Shown here: one piece after another, positions 52,996 to 64,000 of the stretch | How positions within the stretch are numbered: position 1 is the first letter of the stretch | How the letters are laid out: each line of letters opens with the position of its first letter | Assembly (NCBI RefSeq): GCF_036321535.1 | Contig: NC_087437.1 | Location: forward strand, 63,428,001-63,492,000 | Source of the DNA: Camelus dromedarius | Taxonomy: Eukaryota | Direction: 5' to 3' | DNA length: 64,000 bases | The notes under the pieces: model-generated | Databases searched by the model: none | Told to the model about the DNA's origin: nothing | What the model saw: only the letters and a program-made list of their open reading frames with translations | Made by a program: the position numbers and the translations under genes

Positions 52996-54880
52996 AGCTA
53001 GAGGGTAAAGGGTCAGCTGGTGTTAGAAGAATACCAGTTACTCAAGAATCAGACATGAGCCAGTGGAAAAGCTTAAATCCACGTCATTCCTGATTTGGAT
53101 GCCTGCAGTCTGTCCCAAGGTGTCAGTTGCCTAAAATGAGAGATGCCTTTGGAACTATGGAAATATCTTCTCTCCCCTGGAGAAGAGGAACTGGACTGGG
53201 CATCACCTTGATACAAAGTGAGGTTTGCGCCAAGGACCTCACTTGAAGCTCTCCAGGGGTCATGAGCAGCACTGCTAGGTCCTGTTTTCAACGTGCACAC
53301 AATCTGTAGAGCCTGGTTCAAATCCCAGCCCAGATTCCCTAAGACAGTTGCAACATAGGTGTCCCCCAGCCATCTGCTCCCTGGGCCTGCTCCCACTGCA
53401 GGGATTCTAGACAGGCCTTCTTCAGCTCAAGGAGGAAGAAGCTGAGTCTCAGGCAGCAAGTGTCTCAACAAGTGTCTCATCCCAGGGTGGTAATCCCAGG
53501 CACATGTACCAGGGGTGGATGGTGTCCCAGGCCAGATGTGGAGTTGGGGGACTCAGCTCGCTGCTTGACAGCATCACCCCTTTGCTCTACACTCAGATTG
53601 GAACCCACAGCCCTGAACAAGTAAAAACCTGTGAGCTTCCATCCCTGATTTCCCCGGGACTCCATTGAGAGCCTCTGCAGCTGGCAGCCAGGGGTTTCAA
53701 AGGTCACCCCAGCTGGGCGGATTAGAACAACAGATCTCTCTGACCTGGTGAAGTTGGCTGCCCGGCGCAAGGCAAGTTGCAACATCTGCAAGCAGTCAGA
53801 CAAACGCCCCTTAACTTTTCCAGTCTGGCCCTGGGCTCTGCAGCCTCCCTGGCTCTCCTTCACTGTCTTCCTTTTCGGGCAGACTTTGGACAGGCATCTC
53901 AGCAGGACAGTGCTAAAGAGTGGCCGCCCATGCAGCCCGACTCCCGGGAGAGCTGCCTGGGGAAGAAGCCACGGTAAGGCGTGTCCGTTCCCTGGTGGGT
54001 GGCCCTGCCCCACTGCTTGCTCCCCTGGGTCACAGCAAGTCAGCAGGTACGGCCCACAGCCGAGGAGAAGCTCGTTCCCGGATTAGGAGTGATTAGGGAA
54101 TTTGTCAGATTTGAGTGCACTGAAGAGAGGATTAAGGTGGGGAGAGGGAACTGTCATTGCCTTTGCACCTCGGGTGGTTGCTGTGCCTGCTGTGTGCCAG
54201 TGGCTCCCAGTGGGCTCATGGCTGACTGCCAGGCTTCCAGTGCAGAGCCTGCTGGGAGCCCTTCCCTGTAGGGAAGGGATGGTATTTCCAGGATGCCTTG
54301 CTGCCTGACCAGGTGCTTAAGGACAACGAGCATTTAAAATGTATGCACTTTGGGTAGGGAAGGGGACAGCTGTTTTGTTTATAACTTGAGTCCTAATTTA
54401 AGCTCTTCTCTGAGTCTTTTTGCCTCAGAGTTGCCCCTCTTTTGGCCAAAGTTGAAAGTGTTCCTTTCTGGGTTCAAGGGATAATTTAAAGTGCTTTTGA
54501 TCGAATTAAAGTCAAATTAATTTAGTGCTGCTTTGAATGATTCTTAAGTTCTGCTACTTGTGAAAAGCTTATTTGGAGGGGAGCTTTGGCTGAGCATTGT
54601 GTGTCTTTGGCGGTTGAGGGGAGGGTGCTGCTTGCAGCTCCCGGACCACCGCTCTTCTTGATCCCCTCCTCCTTTTGTTCTCTTCTTACTCCTCTCCCCT
54701 TTGATCTACATTTAACTGGTATTGAATGTACTCCCCTAGCTAGTATTTGATTGCAGCCACGGAGCACTGCTTTGCGGAGGAAGAAATAATTGCAGAAGCC
54801 AGCCAGACCCACTGGTATTTTCAATCGGAATGTGGTCACCAGGCTGGATGAGGGATTAGAGGGGAATAAAGATGGTTTGA

Positions 54881-54904
54881 TTTATTATTATTGTTATTAT
54901 TATT
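54881..54904. repeat. (TTA)n microsatellite
   Basis: Imperfect TTA run. Confidence 0.8.
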
Positions 54905-55909
54905 TTGATAGCGCATTCCAAATATGTCAGTAACCATTAATTGGTAGTGCGGACGGAATCTGTTTGTGTATCTGAGGGCAGTGGGCGGGGCAACAGGCCA
55001 GCAGAGCTGTTTGGTGTGCCCGGCCAGCCTGGGGCTGGGCTCTGGTTCTGCCTGCATGATAGTTAATAGCTGCCCTATCCACTCACCTCTATGCCTCGCA
55101 GGGCATGGGGTGTCTCCTTGCTGTATTGACTTGTCTGTTCTGTTTCTAACCTGAAGCCCGCCCGATATTCCCAGCTGCCCAGGGATGGATGACATCAGTC
55201 TTATGTGTTTGAAGCCAAGCATGTTCATTTTGATGATAGCATCCAGAGCCTTCGGGAGACCTCAGAAGGTCTTGGGTCAAGAGAATTTGTAGAGAGGATT
55301 CTGAGCCTGTGTCACCACTCCTAGGTTCCGGGTCCCCTGAAAGCAGAGGTGGAAAGGTCTTGTGTCTTCCAAAGCCAGAACTGAAAGCTGAAGCTGGTGT
55401 TACATTCCCCAGCCCCTTCCTTTGTTCAACTCTCAGGCTTCTGCCTATTGCATCTCCCATCACTGGGGATAGCAGGAAACCCCTCATCTGGGTCTGGGGC
55501 CCCTCCTGGGAGCCCACAGTGTACAGCTGCGATAAGTTGGTTTCCACTTCTTAGCTTTGTGACCTTGCACAAGTGTAGTTGACTTTCTGAGCTCGGTGTC
55601 TTCATTTTTTAACGGAGTGTAATCAGAACTGCCTTGCAGGACCAGGGGGTTGAGTGAGATTAGGGCCCAGCACTCTGTCAGGTGCATGCACCTTGCCCAT
55701 TCAACGCTAGGGCAGACAGGACAGTGTTGTGGAGGCTGCCAGGGGGCCCGGGCCCTCCTACTTCTCACTGTCTACCATCTGCTTCCCACTGCTATTAATC
55801 CCACTCAGATACCCTTGCCCTGAGGATAAGCAGGCTGGCCTGGGCTTTCTATCCTTGGTAAAAAAAGATCTGTCCTGCAGGGTGGGGAACCTGCTTTCCC
55901 TTTAAGAAC

Positions 55910-56110
55910 AGGATAATGCCATTATTGAGGGCCTTTTATGCTGTGTACTAAGTATTTTATAGACACTCTCATTTGAATCCTCCCCTCAACCTTGTGAGGT
56001 TGATATTATCATTCCCAATTTACAGAAAAGGAAATTGAGACCAGGAGTGTTGAAGTACATTGCCCGGACCATGGCTGGAATGTAGCAGTGCCCTGGGTTT
56101 GTGGCTGGAT
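55910..56110 (-). repeat. MIR SINE
   Basis: CCCAATTTACAGAAAAGGAAATTGAG. Confidence 0.7.
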
Positions 56111-56559
56111 CCGACCCCTGTGATACTGCCCTCACTCCCCCACCCCTGGAGCTGGCAGCACAGAGTGCATCCTTCCCCAAACTTCAGTGGCAGTGGAAGA
56201 GGCTGGAAGGAGCAGTGTCCCCTCTGGGCTGTGGTCCTAGGTGGCTCTGCAGGATATAAGAGCCTGATTTCTTCCCTACTCCCCTGTTATCACACTCAAC
56301 ACACACACGTAATTGTTCAGTACTGTAACCCTAGCACCTAGCTTGGCACATGGTAGATGCTCAATAAAAATATCTCAATTGAGTGAATGACTATATCCTG
56401 AGTCTTACCATTAAATGATATGATTACTTTGAAATGATTCTGCAAACACATATGCAAGCACAATGTTGTAAATACAGCAAAATTCTCATTCTTTCTACTT
56501 TTCTGTTTGAAATTTTTCATAATAAAACTTATTTTTAGTTTAAAATTTCCATATTATTA

Positions 56560-57230
56560 AATTCCTATTATTATTTTCCTTGTAAACGTACACTCATATA
56601 ACTGCCTGATATTCTACTGTATTTAACCAGTTCCTACCGTTGGATATTTAACTGTTTTTTTTTCTATTTCTATTTAGCTGGATTATTTTTCTATTTATTT
56701 TCCTATAAATAATGTGATTAACATTCTTATATATAAATTAGGGGCTGCATCTCTGATTCTTTCCCAATAATACATCTCTAAATGCAGGATACTAGGGAAA
56801 GAGCTGGACTTTTTTTTTCAGGATCTTTTTGCCAAATTGCTCTCCAGAAACATTGCACCAGTTTATACTCCTCAGAAGGGTGTGAGTGTGCCCACAGTCT
56901 CACTGGTACTCTATGTTATCTTTCTTTTTGAATGTAAGTTTGGTAATTTTTAAAAAATAATAACTTATTCTTAGTTTGCACTCGTGGATTCTATCTAATG
57001 GAGGCTGGGCGTATCCATTTGTGTTGTGGTCATTTGTCTATGTTCTGTGAACCATCCAAGTGCCCATTTATCTGTCCGGCTGTTTTCCTACATATAAAGC
57101 ATCCTGGTCCTTCATTCTTGTGGCAAACGTTTTATCCCAGATCATCAGCTGCCTTTTAATGTTGTCAAAAGTATGCTTTGACATATAGAAAACCTCAGTT
57201 CTGTATGTATGTGGTAGCAGCTCTCAACTT
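56560..57230 (-). mobile_element. Old L1 3' region, antisense
   Basis: TGCCAAATTGCTCTCCAGAAA..TTGCACCAGTTTATACTCC motif. Confidence 0.7.
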
Positions 57231-57294
57231 TCTCCCTTATTACCTCAGCCTCAGACCCCCTTCCCACCAGCCAACACTGACTGCTAACAGGAGA

Positions 57295-57545
57295 CAAGAG
57301 GGCTTAGTGGTTAAGAATGGGAGCTTCGGTGCCTGACCCCTGGGATCAAATGCTAGTTCTGCCCCCTACTAAATACCATGACCTTGGGCCAATTTCTTAA
57401 TCTCACTGAACCTCGGTTTCTAATCCATAAATGAGATGATGAGATTATCTGTCACTTAGTGTTGTTGTAAGGAGCAAATGGGCTATTATTTATAAAGTGC
57501 TTAGAATAGTTCCTGGTTTGTAGTCAGTGCTACCTAAATTTTGCT
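57295..57545 (+). repeat. MIR SINE (near full length)
   Basis: TAGTGGTTAAGA..TGACCTTGGGC..CCTCGGTTTC..AAAGTGCTTAGAATAGT. Confidence 0.8.
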
Positions 57546-59119
57546 TTTATTGTGACTTTGCAGTGAAACTGTGAGTCTTATCATTTGGAAAGGAAAGGAT
57601 TTTGTTTGCAAAGCTAATACATCATCAGTGAAAGAGAAGCTGGGTTTGTCAAGCAGGGGCTGAGCCCTGTGACAAACAAAACTCGGTCTTTGTTACTTTA
57701 ACTTGTACTTCAAAATAGATCTCCCTTTTATTTTTGTTAGATGTTATTAAGTTTAAACAAACTAATTACATGCCCAGACACCACTGTTCATTTCTGTCAC
57801 CTGACCCCACTCAGCATGGGGCTTAAGCTTGTGACTAAAGATCCCTAGAAAGTGAACAGAACAATAAAAACTAGAAATACTGTTCCTCTTCAGTTTAGTG
57901 GATGTTTGTCACAGACCTGTGATAGGCCAGGCACTATGGATTCCATGGTGAGTAAGACGTGGTCCCCAACCTGGACCCACATCCCAGCCTGGTGAGTCTC
58001 CCACCTGGACTTGGAATCTGGAGCAGGGATACTGGGGATGTACTCCAAGGGGTGGCAACTGGTGTCCAGTGACCTTGGCTGGGGTCTGACAACCCGGCCT
58101 CTTTCGTCTACTGCCTGTTTCCCCAGCCTGGTTCTCCAGCCTTTCCTGTGGAGTTTGAGAGCTTCCCTCTTCCTCATCTTTCCAACAGATCCCTCCTCCA
58201 TTTAGAAGCACCAGAGTCAATTTCTCTAGTTTGCAACCAGGAACTCAGTACCTGTAATTCCATTGCTGGAATCAATCTTAAGGAAGTTCCTTTGTTCCGA
58301 TCACCTGCCAGCCCCCGTCAACATCTTGTCTAATCCCAACCAGGCCTTGGTCTAGGAGTCAGGAGCCTGAGGTTTTCTTGCCAGTGATGCCATCATTTTG
58401 CTTTGTCTCTTTGGGCAAGTGACTTACCTTCTCTGGGTCACAATTATAAATAGAGGAGTTAGCCTGGATAATCTTAAAATGCTGCCTTCTCTGACATTCT
58501 GTGACCTTTGAGGCTTTCTCGCAGCCTAGTCCCCGGATGTGGGATGTCCTCCCAGGCTTTGCTCCCTTCCCTCTTTCAGCCCCACCCTCTCCTCTGCCCT
58601 CCCCCAGGATCCTTGCCCTATTAACCCCAAACTAATTCCTTCCTTGGAGTATGGTTTCCATTTTTCTTTAGCCTGTGAGCTCACAGTTCAGGCAAAAGCA
58701 GCTTGTACTTTCTGCCATAAGCACCTAATGTAGATATTAATTCTGAAGGTTAAATGACAACTAAGTGCTGACTTTAGACACCCACTGTAAAAACTCTGAG
58801 AAACATCTGGTTTCTCTGTTCTTGCCTCAGCTGCCCCTTTCCTGGAAGTTCTCCATGGGGTTTTGGGGAGGCCAGGACATGGCCCTGGGTGCTGGTATCT
58901 GGGGTGGGCTGGGCCTCACCCCTGTAGCTCTGCATGTGGGGGACAGAGAGCCTCCCATTCCCAGGGAGGAGCTCCTGGTGGACCCTGACCTGATGGGGCT
59001 CCCAGTAAAACCCACGACACTGTGGCCCCAACCAGCACACTGGGCACACCAACCACCTGCAGGGAGGACAGACTGCACTCTGTCTCGTCTGACCTGGTCT
59101 TCCTTCCTGTTTGCAGAAC

Positions 59120-59284
59120 ATGGGGGATGTGAAGCTGGCTGCCTCGACACACGTTTCCAAAACCTCCCTCACCATGGATCACTCGGGAGTCGGCTCCATG
59201 CCCCTGACTGAGGCCCCGGCTTTCATTTTTCCCCCTCGGAACCTCTGCATCAAGGAAGGAGCCACTGCCAAGTTTGAAGGGAGG
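59120..59284 (+). CDS. MYLK: MYLK first coding exon (long/non-muscle MLCK N-terminus, start of first Ig-like domain); exon 59117-59284
   Basis: Translates MGDVKLAASTHVSKTSLTMDHSGVGSMPLTEAPAFIFPPRNLCIKEGATAKFEGR, matching the recalled human MYLK N-terminus (MGDVKLVASSHISKTSLSVDPSRVDSMPLTEAPAFILPPRNLCIKEGATAKFEGR). The acceptor is a pyrimidine tract + TTGCAG ending 59116. The start context is AACATGG. The donor is AGG|GTAAGA after 59284. The CDS is 165 nt, phase 0. Confidence 0.97.
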
Positions 59285-60519
59285 GTAAGAAGGGGTGCTG
59301 GGGGAGGCAGAGGGGAGGCTAGTCGGGGGGTCGCTGCTTCTACTCCAGACTTTTCCTCTGCAGGCTGACTTGGCAGAAAGCCTGCTTTTCTTTTGGACCC
59401 ACATATAAAGTAAATAGATACCAATTTACTGTATTTCTTTTGTTTATGGTTGACTTCGGGCTATGGTGAAGAACTCGGGTGTGCTGGGTGGGGAACATAA
59501 TGAGATGTTTTGCTATTAACACAGGTCTTGTTCTGGGTACGTGCACCTGATTATAGGAGGAGAATACATGGGGTGGTGGCCAGAAGCGCACAGCTGGGAT
59601 TTAAATATGTGCACACACATCTGGACTATTGAGAGCTAACTCTTATTTTTCTCTTACTTCCTACCTGGAGGGAGTGTTTGGTTAACTAAGCTTCTCGTGT
59701 ATGCACTTGATACACCCAGAGCAGTGGGGTGGCAGATAGGACCCCTTATTTCAGTTCTGTCACCTTTTGCTAATGGGTGTTGGTCTCTTGCTCTTACTGG
59801 ACCTCCATTTCTTCTTCTGCAAATGGCAATGATAATTTCTTGCCCACCTTGTGCTAGAGAGGAGAAGAAGAAGATGGGAAGGTTAGCTGTAAGAACACTG
59901 AGGTTATGCCCAATTGGAGAAACTTTTAATAAGCTGCTGGCTCAGGCCACCAGGAAGTGGAATCATCATCTTGACGTGGAGATGCACATGGAAGACAGGG
60001 GGTTTGCAAGTAATATTCGTCCTGGATTAAACACGGGCAGTCTTCCCCAGGAAATGCTTTAGAAGCTAAAAGGTTTGATCTGAACAAAAGAAAGCTGAGG
60101 TGATGAGGAACTCATAGGTGGCACTATGAATCTACAAGTTAAGAGCAGGCCCCTGAAATCTTGTGGCAAGAAGGGGTCAAGTACATCACTCTTCCTGGAT
60201 GACACTGGGCCTGCCTTTGTTTGAGTGGCAGGGCTGGCTGTGTGGTCATCTGGAGAGTATTCAGGGGCTGCAGTGCATTGTGTCCTCTGCACAGGCCCAT
60301 CTAGCCTGCTGTTTGGTGGTGGGTATGACGTTCCTTGTTGTGTCTTTTACCTGAAGAAGATTGTTGGGGCATGTTGGTGTTGCTGCTGCAGGGTCTGTTT
60401 CTGCTCTCTGGGCACTCCCAGGCTGGGGGCTCTTTCCTGTTGCCCTGACTGTGGTTCCCCCATCCCCACATCCCCACAGCTGGCAGGAAAGAGGCAACAG
60501 GAAGAATCCCTGGGGATTT

Positions 60520-60840
60520 AGAAATGGGAGTGAAGTACTGACACATGCTACAACATAAATGAGCGCTGAAAACATGTGAAGTGAAAGAAGTCAGACAAAA
60601 AAGGTCACATACTGAATTATTCCACAATCTGAAATGTCCAGAATCCACAAACCTGCAGCGACAGTAGATGAGAGGTTGCCAGGAGCCTAGGGAGGAGGAG
60701 TAGGGAGTGACTGCTTGTGGGTTTCTTTTGGGGATGATGACAATGTTCTGAACTTAGATAGTAGTGGTGGTTGCACCACTTTGTGAATGTGTTATAAGAC
60801 ACTGGATTTACACTTAGAAATGGAAAGTGAACTTTTAAAG
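60520..60840 (+). mobile_element. L1MB-like 3' end
   Basis: GAAGTACTGACACATGCTACAACAT...GATAGTAGTGGTGGTTGCAC. Confidence 0.8.
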
Positions 60841-63800
60841 AATGGCTTAGCAAAACCCATCCTCTCTCCATACCCACCCTCCCGCCCTACTGCTTCTCAG
60901 GGACGGACCCCTTCCTCAAATCCAGACAGATGTGGAGAGAAAGAGATGACTTAGCTTTTGTAGATGAAGATGTCTCTGCTCCCTTTGCTGACTGTGGAAG
61001 CCATGCAGGAGCTGAGCTTTCTGGTTATTTGACTTGGAACCTTCGTAGAATGAGCTCTGGCGCAGGAGTCCACACACTGAAGTTCTCTGTTAGTCGTCCT
61101 GTGGTAGGCAGGTCAGACCTTCTCTGGACCTCGATTTCCTTATCTGAGAAGAAACAACTAGTTGTTTCTGTATTTTCTGGCCTGCAGGGATGTGAAAAGA
61201 AAATGAGCTGAAGAAGAAAATGGTAAAAACACTTCATAAAGTCAAAAAGTTTAATAACAAAATTTTTTAAAATGAGGTGATGGTTACATACATAAACAAG
61301 TCTTAAACAAGTCAGCGGCATTTCATGCATTCACCATGTTGACTGCAATGTTTGTGGAGTGTAGCATTCTTCATGTGAACGTTTTATTTTGCCTACATTG
61401 AGGAAATAGTTCACTTCGTATATTACATGTGGACCATAGGTCAAAATGAATGTATTCCTTAAAAGTCAGCTTGCAGATCTCCGTTACCATGTCCCAACTT
61501 CCTGGAGTTAACCCAGCACAACACCTTGATGGCATGCTGGTGTATGGTGGGCACAGAAGGAAGATGATTCTAGGGAGACATTAGATGGAGTGTCTGGCTA
61601 CATCTGAGAATTTGCAGAGAGAAACTCAGAGGAGGGGCTGACCTAGAGAGTGCTCTGTAAACTAGCATGCTGAGAGTGCATATTATCACTGTGGCAAAGA
61701 ACAGAAAGGAAGGCTTTGCATCAGGGAAGGGCCATGTCAGATGACTCCAGGATGAGGAGGTGGTTGATTGGATACTGACCTGGCGCCTTCAGAGAGGGGA
61801 AAGGTTAAGGTGGTGGTGGCCTAAGTGACAAGAGCTTGGAGTAGGAGTTTTTAATTATAAAAGACCAAGTGCCAAATGGGGCCACCCCCTGATCACAACC
61901 AGGGGTTCTCTGCCTCTAGTGTGTTTAAACCTTCTCTCCTGTGGCCATTTGTCCCTGCCTGCAGCTGACCCCTCTCCCCAGGCCCTGGGATGCATCCTGT
62001 TCTAGAGGCTTTTTCTGCACCAGCCAGTCCTGGTGTCAGTTTCACAGCAACCCCCGGGACCTCAGCTCTCCAGTAACTGAGCTCTTGCGGAATCTCTTAC
62101 AACTGAATGTCTTTTAAAATAAGCCTTCAAACTACTTCTTAGGCCCAGGCTGGTGCCCACTGCAGCCGCTGGAACCCTTCTCTTCCTTGCAGCAGTCCTC
62201 ATGACCTCTGTCAGCTTTCCTCTCCCCACTCTCCCTTCTAAAGCATTGCCTCCACCAGCTTGAGCTCTAAAGCCTGGGTGTGGAAGTTACTAGGTTGTGC
62301 CAGCTTCTTCTGCAGGGGGCAGAGGGACCCTCCCATCACTGTAGGAACACAGTGGACCCCACAGATGTGAGAATATTTTAAAAGTTTGTTTCCTACTGCC
62401 TTCTGAAGCTGATAATTAGAAGTTAGTTCAAGCTTGCACTTTCTGGTTTTATTCCTGAAAAGAGGTAAAAACTGCTTCCTGCCCTGCCCCTCTTCCTCTT
62501 TATGCCTATTTTTAGGTCAAGGACTTAATGAACCCCTCCCCACCTCCCTCCAATAAAGCCCCTCTTTCTATCAAAAAGACTTAGTGACCTTAAGGCAGGA
62601 CCAAAGGTGCCCCTGTGGTTCTTTTCTTTTTCTAAGAAACTCCAAACTGTGAGATGTTCATCCCACACCATCTATGCCTCATGTCTATTCGGGTCTTTCC
62701 ACTTTGTGGCAGATACTTTGAACCAACATGTAACCCATGACCAATCCCCTTTGCCCTTCTCTCTTCCACTCTAGAGGCCACTGCAGAGGCTTCCTTTGCA
62801 GCTAAGACTGGCTCAGTAACACATTTGGCTGAAGTCGGCTAGGGAATTTCTGGGAAAGCTCTAGCTTTTCTGATTAAAACAAAACAAAATTAAAAAAATC
62901 ACTGGCGCTCTCATATTCCACCTCTCTCCTGCTTCCTGCCTTGAAAGCATTTTTGATACTTGGTGCTCAGGCAGTCATATTAAAACCATGAGGCAACAAG
63001 CCAGAGTACAAAGGATTGGTTGGGGTGGACGTGGGTTGGGGGTGCAGTAGTGGAGGCAGCATAAAGACCAGCAGCTAAGAGACAAAACTCCTACGGCTTA
63101 GCCTAATTCCAGATAGGACCTTTGGCTGTGATCATCACAAAGGAAATTTTGCAAAAACTGTTCCTAACTGATTAATACCTAATGAGATGCATGTGGAGAT
63201 ACTGTCTCTTTACATGATGGAATACACAGGGGAGAAGACGTAGCACAGAGAAGAAAAAAATTCCTTTCAGACCTTTCTACCAACAGTAAGGGGAGTGCTT
63301 GAGTTGAATGTGGTCTTGTGGTTAAAACATTCTGGAAGAATTTGTTCCTCCCTGGCTGTGTGCATCTAGCTTGACCCAACAGGGTCTAGGGCCTATGAGA
63401 GGAAGTCAATCACGTGAGGTTAAGTAGTAATTTAATATCACTATAGAAACTACTATTTAATCAGGGTCTGCTGATTAGGCCGAAACTATCTACCTCTGCC
63501 CTTTCTTGGTTTGCTCTGCCAGCTTGAGGAGATTGTATTTTCCAGATCTCATATAACTTTGGATCTCTATCTCATCAGTACCACCTTTAGACCCAGGCAA
63601 CCCGAGCCCACATTCCAGAAACCCCTGTTCCTTTGGCTGCACCCTCACCTCAGAGTAAGGGATCTGTCTGCCCAAGGGATGTGCCCCCTGGAGCCACGCT
63701 GTTCTCCATGTTCTAGGCACCCAGGACCTTGGCATTCTCTACCAAAGGCTACCTCTAAGGCCTTTGTGGACCTCTTCCTGTGAGAAGATACTTCTAGGCC

Positions 63801-64000
63801 TGAGTGGTATGGTCAAGGGGTATCTGTTTGCCTGGGGGGACAAGAAGGTAGATGAAACTCAGATGTGGGGGTCTGTTGTCTGCCCCTGTGCTTAGGAGGA
63901 CCCCGATGATGCAGAATGCAACTCAGATGAGAACAGCAGCACAGTGGACTGTGCCACCGCCTGGGGAGCACTGCTGCACCCAGGGCGCTGGGGCCTCCAT

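Noticed and set aside
53477..54013. 178-aa minus-strand ORF
   Set aside because: No recognisable homology, a non-ATG start, and overlap with equally unconvincing ORFs.
59285..59368. ORF continuation past FEGR (VRRGAGGG...)
   Set aside because: This is read-through into the intron beyond the GTAAGA donor.
1..64000. Prokaryotic-type systems (operons, CRISPR, defence loci)
   Set aside because: The sequence is mammalian intron/exon DNA with no long ORFs or regularly spaced repeats.

Overview
This is mammalian genomic DNA, not prokaryotic. It is most likely camelid, given several Vic-1-type tRNA-derived SINEs. The window lies in the 5' part of MYLK (myosin light chain kinase, long non-muscle isoform) on the + strand. 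It holds a non-coding 5'UTR exon (~29246/29257-29405) and the first coding exon (59117-59284, CDS 59120-59284, 55 codons, MGDVKLAAST...AKFEGR). The rest is intron dense in L1, L2, MIR, MaLR/ERV LTRs, DNA transposons and SINEs, several of them nested. The most unusual feature is a ~2.96 kb TSD-flanked L1 derivative (23512-26471). It has a full 5'UTR, ORF1 and a 3' tail but no ORF2 (a 'half-L1'/HAL1-like architecture), and it sits sense-oriented ~2.8 kb upstream of the MYLK UTR exon. Almost all entries in the ORF track are spurious or repeat-derived. Gene and repeat family names come from recalled consensus sequences, not from database searches.
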